This document shows positions 8,594 through 16,848 of a DNA stretch of 24,043 nt, piece after piece. This DNA comes from a virus. Its lineage: Duplodnaviria; Caudoviricetes. The position numbers and the translations under genes were made by a program. The notes below the pieces were generated by a model, which saw nothing but the letters and a program-made list of their open reading frames with translations, ran no database searches and had not been told where the DNA came from. The DNA is taken from the IMG/VR virus record IMGVR_UViG_3300032332_000119, positions 1 through 24,043 of that record; one strand, given 5' to 3'. Each line of letters starts with the position of its first letter. The first letter of the stretch is position 1.

Positions 8594-9067
8594 ATGCCAA
8601 ATACTCAATCAATTGGTGTTGCATACAGCGATCAAGCCATTTCTGGTGGATCAGTTGATAACAGCCCTATTGGCGCAACCACTCCATCTACTGTTGTGGG
8701 CACAACGGTGTATTGCACTAGCGAAATCGGATACACCGCTGGCGCTCAAGGTACTGTGACTCAGCTAACAGACAAATCTACAGGGGTAACTCTGAACAAG
8801 TCTGCTGGCCGCATTACCATGAACAACGCAGCATTGGGAGGGGCCACCGCTGTTTCGTTTATCTTGACCAACAGTTTGATTTCTGCCAATGACACTCTTG
8901 TTTTGAACATTGGAAGCAACACCACTGGTAGTGCTGCTGGTGCTTACGCCGTTTACGTTTCTTACTTGTCTGCTGGTTCTGCTTTGATTACATTGCGAAA
9001 TTTGACTGCTGCAACTTCATACTCTGAAGCTGTTGTTATCAATTATTCAATCCTTCACGGCGCGTAA
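8594..9067 (+). CDS. Hypothetical structural protein (157 aa, Ser/Thr/Gly/Ala-rich)
   Basis: SD GAAAGGA; virion-protein-like composition; position in head module. Confidence 0.75.
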   Translation: MPNTQSIGVAYSDQAISGGSVDNSPIGATTPSTVVGTTVYCTSEIGYTAGAQGTVTQLTDKSTGVTLNKSAGRITMNNAALGGATAVSFILTNSLISANDTLVLNIGSNTTGSAAGAYAVYVSYLSAGSALITLRNLTAATSYSEAVVINYSILHGA

Positions 9068-9072
9068 CAAAA

Positions 9073-9261
9073 ATGGTCATTTACTTACGTCACCCTGTTC
9101 ATGGCACCAAAGTGGCTTGCGCCGAAGAAGAAGCCGTTTATGATGAAAAGAACGGTTGGGTGAGGTATGATTTGGATGACGTTGAGCCACCTGCCACGGT
9201 AAACGAAATGCGGCGTCCCCGTGGCAGGCCGCGAGTTGGGGTTGTTGAACTAGGAGCATAG
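9073..9261 (+). CDS. Small protein with AT-hook-like motif (62 aa)
   Basis: Fills the gap between flanking genes; RRPRGRPR near the C-terminus. Confidence 0.75.
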   Translation: MVIYLRHPVHGTKVACAEEEAVYDEKNGWVRYDLDDVEPPATVNEMRRPRGRPRVGVVELGA

Positions 9262-9263
9262 GC

Positions 9264-9974
9264 ATGTCCACAGCCGGTGATCAAATCAATCGAGCGTTGC
9301 GCTTGATTGGCGTATTGGCAGAGGGCGAAACAACATCGGCGTCTGTATCTGAAGATTCGTTGATGGCACTCAATCAAATGATTGATAGCTGGAACACCGA
9401 AAAACTCTCCATCTTTTCCACGCAAGACCAAGTGTTTACTTGGCCTGCCACACAAATCAGCCGAACACTTGGCCCAACTGGTAATTTTGTTGGCAATCGT
9501 CCAATCATGTTGGAAGATTCCACTTATTTCCGCGATCCGCTGACCAATGTCAGCTACGGTGTAAAACTCATCAATCAGCAGCAGTATGACGGCATTGCTG
9601 TAAAGACGGTGACTAGCACCTATCCACAAGTGCTGTGGATCAACATGACGTACCCTGACATTGAGATGTACGTCTTCCCGGTGCCAATTCGTGACCTTGA
9701 ATGGCATTTCATTAGCGTTGAGGAACTGACGCAACCGGCGCTTTTGGCTACCGACTTGGCGTTTCCTCCTGGTTACCTTCGTGCATTTACCTACAACTTG
9801 GCCTGCGAGATTGCGCCTGAGTTTGGCGTAGAGCCAAGCGCACAAGTCAAGCGCATTGCCATGACCAGCAAGCGCAATCTCAAACGCATCAACAATCCGC
9901 AAGACCTCATGTCCATGCCGTATTCGTTGATTGCAACTAGGCAACGGTTTAATATTTTTGCCGGGAATTTTTAA
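9264..9974 (+). CDS. Head-tail adaptor, P22 gp4-like
   Basis: INRALRLIGVLAEGE...ALNQMIDSW N-terminal helices and AFTYNLACEIAPEFG; position before the gp10-like gene; SD AGGAG. Confidence 0.75.
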   Translation: MSTAGDQINRALRLIGVLAEGETTSASVSEDSLMALNQMIDSWNTEKLSIFSTQDQVFTWPATQISRTLGPTGNFVGNRPIMLEDSTYFRDPLTNVSYGVKLINQQQYDGIAVKTVTSTYPQVLWINMTYPDIEMYVFPVPIRDLEWHFISVEELTQPALLATDLAFPPGYLRAFTYNLACEIAPEFGVEPSAQVKRIAMTSKRNLKRINNPQDLMSMPYSLIATRQRFNIFAGNF

Positions 9975-11405
9975 GTGAAGACGCCAATTCTTGGCTCGGC
10001 CTATGTTGCACGTTCAGTGAACGTGGCAGACAACAACATGGTCAATTTGTTTCCTGAGATTATTTCAGAGGGAGGCAAAGAACCTGGATTCTTGCAACGC
10101 GCACCTGGCTTGCGTTTGTTGGCAACAGCAGGATCCGGCCCAATTCGCGGCCTTTGGCAACATGGCACCAACGGCTATGTTGTCAGCGGCAACGAGTTTT
10201 ACAAAATTGACAGCAGCTATACGGTCACTTTGCTTGGCACGGTCAGCGGCTCTGGCCCGGTCAGCATGTCTGACAACGGCACTCAGATTTTCATTGCCTG
10301 CAACCCTGATGGGTTTATTTACAACACCAGCACTGGCGTGTTTGGGCAAATTACCGACATTGATTTTCCGGGCGCGGTAACTGTTGGTTATCTTGATGGT
10401 TACTTTGTGTTCAATGAACCAAACAGCCAAAAACTGTGGATTACGCAACTGCTGGATGGAACATCCATTGACCCGCTTGATTTTGCAAGCGCAGAAGGTT
10501 CACCAGACGGAATTACTGCAATCATTGTTGACCATCGGCAATTGTGGGTATTTGGCAACAATTCGGTGGAAGTATGGTACGACACTGGAGCCACTGACTT
10601 TCCATTGCAGCGGGTTGATGGTGCGTTCAATGAAATTGGCTGTGCAGCGCCCTATTCCATTGCCAAAATGGATAACGGTATCTTTTGGCTAGGTTCGGAC
10701 GCTCGGGGGCGTGGCATTGTTTATCGGTCAACCGGATACAGTGGTCAGCGCATTAGCACCCATGCGGTTGAGTGGCGCATACAGTCTTACGGCGACATTA
10801 GCAATGCCATTGGCTACACCTACCAACAAGACGGACATTCTTTTTATGTTCTGACATTTCCGTCTGCTGGATACACATGGGTGTATGACGTTGCAACTCA
10901 AGCTTGGCACGAACGTGCTAGCGGTAACAACAATGAGTACCGCCATCGGTCAAATTGTCAAATGTCGTTCAACAATGAGGTTGTTGTTGGCGACTTTGAG
11001 AATGGCAACGTGTACGCTTTTGACCTGAATGTGTACGCCGACAACGGCTCCATTCAAAAGTGGTTGCGTTCTTGGAGGGCGCTGGAGCCAGGCAAAAACA
11101 ATCTGAAGCGCACCACGCATCACGGTTTGCAGCTAGATTGCGAGTCTGGCGTTGGTTTGGACGGTGAAGTTCAAGGCTCCGACCCGCAAGTAATGTTGCG
11201 CTGGTCTGATGATGGCGGCAACACTTGGTCAAATGAGCATTGGGCACCTATGGGAAAAATTGGCGAAACTTACCAGCGGGTGTTTTGGCGGCGTCTTGGA
11301 ATGACGCTAAAACTGCGTGACCGAGTGTATGAAATCAGCGGCACCGACCCGGTAAAAATAGCCATTTCTGGCGCTGAATTGATTATTAGCCCGACGAGTG
11401 CGTAA
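9975..11405 (+). CDS. Tail hub / DNA stabilisation protein, P22 gp10-like
   Basis: 476 aa with GTG start; beta-propeller-like. DGYFVF, DFASAEGSPD, TWVYDVATQAWHER, MLRWSDDGGNTWS and WRRLG motifs. Confidence 0.88.
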   Translation: MKTPILGSAYVARSVNVADNNMVNLFPEIISEGGKEPGFLQRAPGLRLLATAGSGPIRGLWQHGTNGYVVSGNEFYKIDSSYTVTLLGTVSGSGPVSMSDNGTQIFIACNPDGFIYNTSTGVFGQITDIDFPGAVTVGYLDGYFVFNEPNSQKLWITQLLDGTSIDPLDFASAEGSPDGITAIIVDHRQLWVFGNNSVEVWYDTGATDFPLQRVDGAFNEIGCAAPYSIAKMDNGIFWLGSDARGRGIVYRSTGYSGQRISTHAVEWRIQSYGDISNAIGYTYQQDGHSFYVLTFPSAGYTWVYDVATQAWHERASGNNNEYRHRSNCQMSFNNEVVVGDFENGNVYAFDLNVYADNGSIQKWLRSWRALEPGKNNLKRTTHHGLQLDCESGVGLDGEVQGSDPQVMLRWSDDGGNTWSNEHWAPMGKIGETYQRVFWRRLGMTLKLRDRVYEISGTDPVKIAISGAELIISPTSA

Positions 11406-12016
11406 TGGCAAGCACACCAATTACACCGCCTCGCGTTGCTATTATTGACCCCAAGTCGGGGTTTGTGAGCCGCGAATGGTACATGTTCTTTTTGAGCCTG
11501 TTCAAAAACACAGAAGCCACCATTGATGCCGAAAGCGCAACCGGCATTAACACTAATTCGCAAATAGCCTCACTGGACTACGCCATTGAGCAATTGTCCC
11601 AAGCAGCAGACTCCCAGCCGGTATCGGTTGTAGAGCAAATACAACCATTGCTTGATGCTTTGGCAATGGAGTTGCAAGCGCGTACTTTGTCAGCAATTGA
11701 GCAAACAAGGCCCATTCTGGACGATCTAGCGCAACAAATTGGCACGGCAAGGGTAGAGGTGCCTGTTGTCCCAACTCGGTTCATACTGCCTTCTGGCATC
11801 ACGCCAGGGGCATCACCGTACACTTATCAAAATACGCTGGGTTACCCGGCTGACGTTATTGTGAACGGCGGCACAGTATCAGCAATTGCGTTTTCACGCG
11901 ATAATGCAACCTTCTACACGGCGGGAGCAATAGGCGGTATATTCCCGTTGTCTCCTTACGATTATTTGCGCGTCACTTACACGGTGGCACCGACCATGAC
12001 ACTGATTCCAAGGTAA
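11405..12016 (+). CDS. Putative tail needle/plug (gp26 position) with C-terminal beta knob
   Basis: Follows the gp10-like gene by TAATG overlap; central helical Gln/Leu/Ala region, then a beta-rich domain; assignment is positional. Confidence 0.55.
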   Translation: MASTPITPPRVAIIDPKSGFVSREWYMFFLSLFKNTEATIDAESATGINTNSQIASLDYAIEQLSQAADSQPVSVVEQIQPLLDALAMELQARTLSAIEQTRPILDDLAQQIGTARVEVPVVPTRFILPSGITPGASPYTYQNTLGYPADVIVNGGTVSAIAFSRDNATFYTAGAIGGIFPLSPYDYLRVTYTVAPTMTLIPR

Positions 12017-12019
12017 CAC

Positions 12020-13819
12020 ATGACAAGCATTGCCACGCCTCCAAAACTGCAATTTTTTGATTCCAACGGCAATCCTTTGGCCGGTGGAAAGTTGTACACC
12101 TACGCTGCCGGTACAACCACGCCGCTTGCAACGTACACAGATTACGGCGGTGGCACACCCAATACTAACCCTGTTATCCTAGACAGCCGTGGTGAGGCTT
12201 CTGTGTGGCTTGGCACAGCCTTGTACAAGATGGCTTTGTACAGCGCCACCAATGTGCTGATCTGGACGGTAGACAACATTGGCGGGTTTGCTACCCTTGC
12301 ACAATTAGCCGCATCGGGCGGCTCGGCGCTGGTGGGCTACCTCCCCGCAGGCACAGGCGCTGTGGCGACAACGGTGCAGAGTAAGTTGCGGGAAAGTGTG
12401 AGCGTTAAAGACTTTGGGGCTGTGGGAAATGGCACAACTAACGACACTGCTGCCATTGTTTTGGCAATCGCGGCTTGTCAAGCCGCTTCGCAAACTAGCC
12501 TATTTTTTCCAACGGGCATTTACCGAATTGAAAGCACAATTACCTTGGGGTCTGGCACTCAAGGCATTGCATTTTTGGGTGAGACGGCAACCCAACAACA
12601 AGGCTCTGTTCGGCCTCCAGTAACCTTAAGGTGGCATGGTGGCGCAGCGGCAATGTTTGATGTGCAAAGCACTTACTACAGCTTTTACAACATTGCTTTT
12701 GAAAATTACACTACAGCAACTGATGTGTTTTTGCTGACTACGGCAATGCACATGGTTCTGGAAAATTGCTCGTTTGTTTTTGGAAGCGGTACGACACGCT
12801 TTTCTCGCAGCGTATTACACGCTGACGGAAATGAATTTGGCTATTCCGTTGTTCGGAACTGCACGATACAAAATCCCGCTCCGCGCTTTCTTGACATTGA
12901 CGGTTTGGGTACAGGTAACGGCATCACGCCTGTGCTGTTTGAAAACAACGTCATTGAAAGTAATTCAGGTGGAGCGCACACGGTTGTCTATATTAAGGAC
13001 GAAGGTCTTGACATTCTCACGTTCAAAGCCAACACTTTTAATGGTCAGGCCAACGCTCAATTGACCATTGTTGATACGACAAACTCACCGATTACTGAAA
13101 CCATTGCAGTGCTGAATTTTTACGACAACGAGATTGATCTTGTTGCCAACACTGCCACTGACCGCTGTTTCCGCTTGACGAATGTTACCAATGTCAATAT
13201 GTGGGGCAATCAAGTGCAAGGTGGCGGCACAGTCACAGCAATTGGCGAACTGGTCAACAGCACGGTCACAATATTTAGTGGTAACACTGCGTCATCTGTT
13301 GCTGGCCCATTTTGGTCATGTGATGCCACGTCTCGCGTTTACCCCGGCGTTAATAAATTTACCAACGCAAACACATTAGGCATTGCATCAAACCCCGGCA
13401 CAGGCAAAGCAGGCGGTGTACTGCAAGTAGTTACAGCTACCTACTCAACACAGACTGCGCTGACAACCAGCTATGCCGACTTAGTGTCTGCCACAATTAC
13501 TCCGTTAAATCAAACAAGCAAAATTTTGGTTTTTGCCAATGTCAATGGCCTTGCTGTTACTGGAGCCACCACCAGTACGCAAGCACAAATTACTCGCGGC
13601 GCAACATCACTTCTTGTATTTGAACAAGAAGCCGGGTATGCAGGCGCTGTCACCACTGAGTTAGCTATTGGTGGTATTGGGGCTACATATATGGACGCGC
13701 CAGTAAGCGTTTCTACGCTGACTTATAAAATCCAAGTAAAGAAAACAGGCGGCAGTGGCGCTTTTGTTTGTATTTCTGGAGGTGCTGCATCCATTACTTT
13801 GATGGAAGTTGCAGCATGA
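12020..13819 (+). CDS. Tailspike with pectate-lyase-like parallel beta-helix
   Basis: N-terminal virion-binding domain (QFFDSNGNPLAGGKLYTYAAGT), neck TVQSKLRESVSVKDFGAVGNGTTNDTAAI, Asn-rich beta-helix, distinct C-terminal domain GGVLQVV...SITLMEVAA. Confidence 0.88.
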   Translation: MTSIATPPKLQFFDSNGNPLAGGKLYTYAAGTTTPLATYTDYGGGTPNTNPVILDSRGEASVWLGTALYKMALYSATNVLIWTVDNIGGFATLAQLAASGGSALVGYLPAGTGAVATTVQSKLRESVSVKDFGAVGNGTTNDTAAIVLAIAACQAASQTSLFFPTGIYRIESTITLGSGTQGIAFLGETATQQQGSVRPPVTLRWHGGAAAMFDVQSTYYSFYNIAFENYTTATDVFLLTTAMHMVLENCSFVFGSGTTRFSRSVLHADGNEFGYSVVRNCTIQNPAPRFLDIDGLGTGNGITPVLFENNVIESNSGGAHTVVYIKDEGLDILTFKANTFNGQANAQLTIVDTTNSPITETIAVLNFYDNEIDLVANTATDRCFRLTNVTNVNMWGNQVQGGGTVTAIGELVNSTVTIFSGNTASSVAGPFWSCDATSRVYPGVNKFTNANTLGIASNPGTGKAGGVLQVVTATYSTQTALTTSYADLVSATITPLNQTSKILVFANVNGLAVTGATTSTQAQITRGATSLLVFEQEAGYAGAVTTELAIGGIGATYMDAPVSVSTLTYKIQVKKTGGSGAFVCISGGAASITLMEVAA

Positions 13820-13858
13820 CCAACACCGCCACCGGCCTAATCCTCTGAAAGCCCCGCC

Positions 13859-14053
13859 ATGACCATCCTCCTCCAACTCCTAAAATCCCGCACCGTCTGG
13901 TTCGCCCTGCTGCTGGCCGTGCTGTCCATCGTGCAAGGCTACGTTGCCCTGCTGCCCATCACGCCAGTCGGTCAAATGTTTGTTGGCTGCGGCATTGCTG
14001 TGGCGATCACGCTGCTGCGGATCATCACCACCACGCCCATTTCGGAGAAATAA
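13859..14053 (+). CDS. Small two-TM membrane protein, holin-like (64 aa)
   Basis: KSRTVWFALLLAVLSIVQGYV and MFVGCGIAVAITLLRIITT hydrophobic segments. Confidence 0.65.
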   Translation: MTILLQLLKSRTVWFALLLAVLSIVQGYVALLPITPVGQMFVGCGIAVAITLLRIITTTPISEK

Positions 14054-14054
14054 C

Positions 14055-14390
14055 ATGGCCGTCACAGTCAAAGTTCTTATCCCGGCAAAGATTGCTGAAA
14101 ACACTCAGACCACGCAATACACCGCCACTGGTGTAACTGCCATCATTGACAAGTTCACCGCCACCAATTACAGCGCGGCGGCGGCTACAATCAGCGTCAA
14201 CTTGGTAACTTCTGCTGATACGGCGGGTAATCAGAACTTGATTACTAAAACCAAAACGCTGCAAGCATCGGAAACCTACACTTTCCCCGAACTGGTGGGC
14301 CAGGTGTTGTCGCCAAGTGCGTTTATTTCAACCATTGCAGGGACTGCAACGGCCATCAACATTCGGGCAAGTGGACGTGAGGTGACTTAA
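14055..14390 (+). CDS. Hypothetical virion protein (111 aa, MAVTVKVLIPAK...)
   Basis: ATG 14055 with SD GGAG; C-terminal part of track ORF 13944..14390; Thr/Ala beta-rich. Confidence 0.75.
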   Translation: MAVTVKVLIPAKIAENTQTTQYTATGVTAIIDKFTATNYSAAAATISVNLVTSADTAGNQNLITKTKTLQASETYTFPELVGQVLSPSAFISTIAGTATAINIRASGREVT

Positions 14391-15413
14391 ATGTTTGAAT
14401 TTTTGATTCCCGCTGCTGCCTCACTTCTTGGCGGCTCAATGGCGTCTAGTGGCGCTCAAAGTGCTGCCAATACCCAAGCGGCATCGGCTCGGGAGGCTGC
14501 TGCGCTTCAAAAGCAAATGTACGACGAGCAGGTTGCTCGGAATCAGCCGTACTCGCAAGCTGGGTTGATGGCTCAAAAACGGTACATGAACTTGCTGGGC
14601 TTGCAAGCACCCGCACAAGCCGGTGTTGGCGGTGCGCCATCCCTACGTACAACTGAGCAACTTCGCAATGCGCTGATGGGGCAATACACTGGCCCTAGTC
14701 GTCAAATTCGGAGTGGCTTTGGTGGCCCAGAAGGTGATGACACAACGCAAACCGTTGGCGGCACTGTTGACGAGGCTGGTCTTGCTGCGGCTATTGAGGC
14801 TGCGCGTCAAGGTGATCAGAATGCTTTGAACAACTATTCAGCCTCACAAGCCGCAGCTGCTCCAGATGCTGATTTTGGGAAGTATGCCCGTGACTTTTCA
14901 ATGGCTGATTTCCAGCAAGACCCAGGCTATGCTTTCCGCTTGTCTGAGGGCTTGAAGGCTTTGGATCGTCAAGCGGCTGCGCGAGGTGGCCTGATGAGTG
15001 GCGCTGCTTTGAAAGCTGCTACTCGGTACGGTCAGGATATGGGTTTGCAAGAGTACGGTAACGCTTTCAATCGTTATCAGATCAACCGTTCCAATCAGTT
15101 GACTCCTTTAAGCGGTTTGATGCAATCCGGTCAAGCGGCGGTTAACAATCAGGCTACTGCGGCTGGTGCTTACGGCACCAATGCTGGTAACTTGATGATG
15201 CAAGGTGGGCAATCTATTGCCGCTGGTCAATTGGGTGCGGGTAACACTTTCAATAACGCATTGAATGCGGCTGCAAGTTCTTACCAAAATCAGAACAATT
15301 TCAATGATTGGATGAGCCGTCAAAGGCAGTCGGCTTATATACCTCCAGTTCAAGATGGGGGCTATTTTATGGGTCAAGGTGCCGCTTATGGCGGTCAACG
15401 AGCAGGGCTTTAA
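14391..15413 (+). CDS. DNA ejection/transfer protein, P22 gp7-like
   Basis: Hydrophobic Gly/Ala N-terminus, AQSAANTQAAS, DPGYAFRLSEG...AAARGGLMSGAALKA; SD GAGGTGA; first of three Ala/Gln-rich genes. Confidence 0.75.
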   Translation: MFEFLIPAAASLLGGSMASSGAQSAANTQAASAREAAALQKQMYDEQVARNQPYSQAGLMAQKRYMNLLGLQAPAQAGVGGAPSLRTTEQLRNALMGQYTGPSRQIRSGFGGPEGDDTTQTVGGTVDEAGLAAAIEAARQGDQNALNNYSASQAAAAPDADFGKYARDFSMADFQQDPGYAFRLSEGLKALDRQAAARGGLMSGAALKAATRYGQDMGLQEYGNAFNRYQINRSNQLTPLSGLMQSGQAAVNNQATAAGAYGTNAGNLMMQGGQSIAAGQLGAGNTFNNALNAAASSYQNQNNFNDWMSRQRQSAYIPPVQDGGYFMGQGAAYGGQRAGL

Positions 15414-15415
15414 TC

Positions 15416-16846
15416 ATGGCCGATTTGAATGCACTCATTGCCCAAGGCGTTGAATTTAAGCCAATGCCTGACCCGTTTGCCCAGTACGGCAAGATGCAGC
15501 AATTGGAGAGTGGTCGCCAAGAAATGCAAATCCGTCAACAAGAAATGCAAGACAGGGCTGCGGAGCGTCAGCGGCTGGTTTCAGAGCGCGAAAAGCGAAC
15601 TACATTTTTGAGTGGTTTAGGCGCTGAATTGCAAAAAGGCGGTCAAATATTGGATCGCAAAACCCTTGGGCAAATGATTCAATCGGGCATTCCAGAAGTA
15701 GAGCAACTTGGTTTACAAGGAATGAAATCTCTTGCTGAAGAAGAGAAATTTGCCAAAATCATGGGCGGTGGCAATGTTGCAACTCAACCCGCACAAGCAC
15801 CAACAGCCCCCGCTGTTTCTGGTGCGCTGGGTTCAGGTACGTTTGGCATTACACCAGCACCTACCAATGCTTTGGCATCAACACCGGCTGCAACTCCTGC
15901 GCCGGTGAATGCTATGGCTACGCCAGACATATCTGCCTTGCGTCAAAAATTTAATGCGTTTATTGCAATGGGTACACCTCAAGCACTTGCTGCTGCTCGG
16001 GCAATTGAATCTGATATTGCTTTGGCAAGCAAGCACGTTGAAACACCGGATGTGGCAACAATGCGCCAACTGGGTTACCCGCTCACAACTGCTGGTTATC
16101 AAGCATATCGTGATGCTCAAAGGCAAGAGCGTATGCTTTCGCCAGCAGAAGAAGCCCAGCGAGTTCGTATTGCGCTTGCTGGTCGTCCTCCTGCACAGCC
16201 TCGACCAGAGCAGCCACCTGTTGCAGTTGTTGACCCAGCCACCGGCAAACAAGTTTTGGTTACGCGAGAGGAAGCTTTGCGTGGCCGCATGACTCCCGCT
16301 GCGGCAATGGAAAGTTTGCCACCTAAAGAGATCCAAAAACGCGAGGCGGCATTGCCACAAGCAACGTCTGCTGTGCAAAACTTTGAATCCAAGTCAGACA
16401 AATTTATTGCTGATTTGAAGGCTTTGCGTGATGACCCTGGATTGGAAAATATCACTGGCCCGATATTTGGCCGCACTGGAAGCGTCACCCGTGAAGGCAG
16501 TCGAGCGCAGGCTTTGTACGACAAGGTGGTTGCCAAAGGCGGTTTTCAAGCATTGCAAGACTTGCGTGACGCATCTAAAACTGGTGGCGCATTGGGTAAT
16601 GTGTCCAATCAAGAGGGCAAGCAACTTACTGCTTCATTTTCCGCAATTGACCGACGGCAAAATGCAGAGGATGTCCGCGCAGCCATTGACCAAGCGATTG
16701 CCGATATTGAAGGCAGTAAGACTCGTATGCGTGAAGCGTATGATTCCACCTATTCATACAAGAGTGGTGGGGCATCAGCGCCAGCACCCGGCAGACCTGC
16801 GGCGGCAGCTCCTAACATTGACGCACTTCTTAACAAGTACAAATAA
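15416..16846 (+). CDS. DNA ejection protein (gp20 position, 476 aa)
   Basis: Likely start MADLNALIAQG at 15416; Ala/Gln/Pro-rich helical; positional assignment. Confidence 0.65.
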   Translation: MADLNALIAQGVEFKPMPDPFAQYGKMQQLESGRQEMQIRQQEMQDRAAERQRLVSEREKRTTFLSGLGAELQKGGQILDRKTLGQMIQSGIPEVEQLGLQGMKSLAEEEKFAKIMGGGNVATQPAQAPTAPAVSGALGSGTFGITPAPTNALASTPAATPAPVNAMATPDISALRQKFNAFIAMGTPQALAAARAIESDIALASKHVETPDVATMRQLGYPLTTAGYQAYRDAQRQERMLSPAEEAQRVRIALAGRPPAQPRPEQPPVAVVDPATGKQVLVTREEALRGRMTPAAAMESLPPKEIQKREAALPQATSAVQNFESKSDKFIADLKALRDDPGLENITGPIFGRTGSVTREGSRAQALYDKVVAKGGFQALQDLRDASKTGGALGNVSNQEGKQLTASFSAIDRRQNAEDVRAAIDQAIADIEGSKTRMREAYDSTYSYKSGGASAPAPGRPAAAAPNIDALLNKYK

Positions 16847-16848
16847 TT

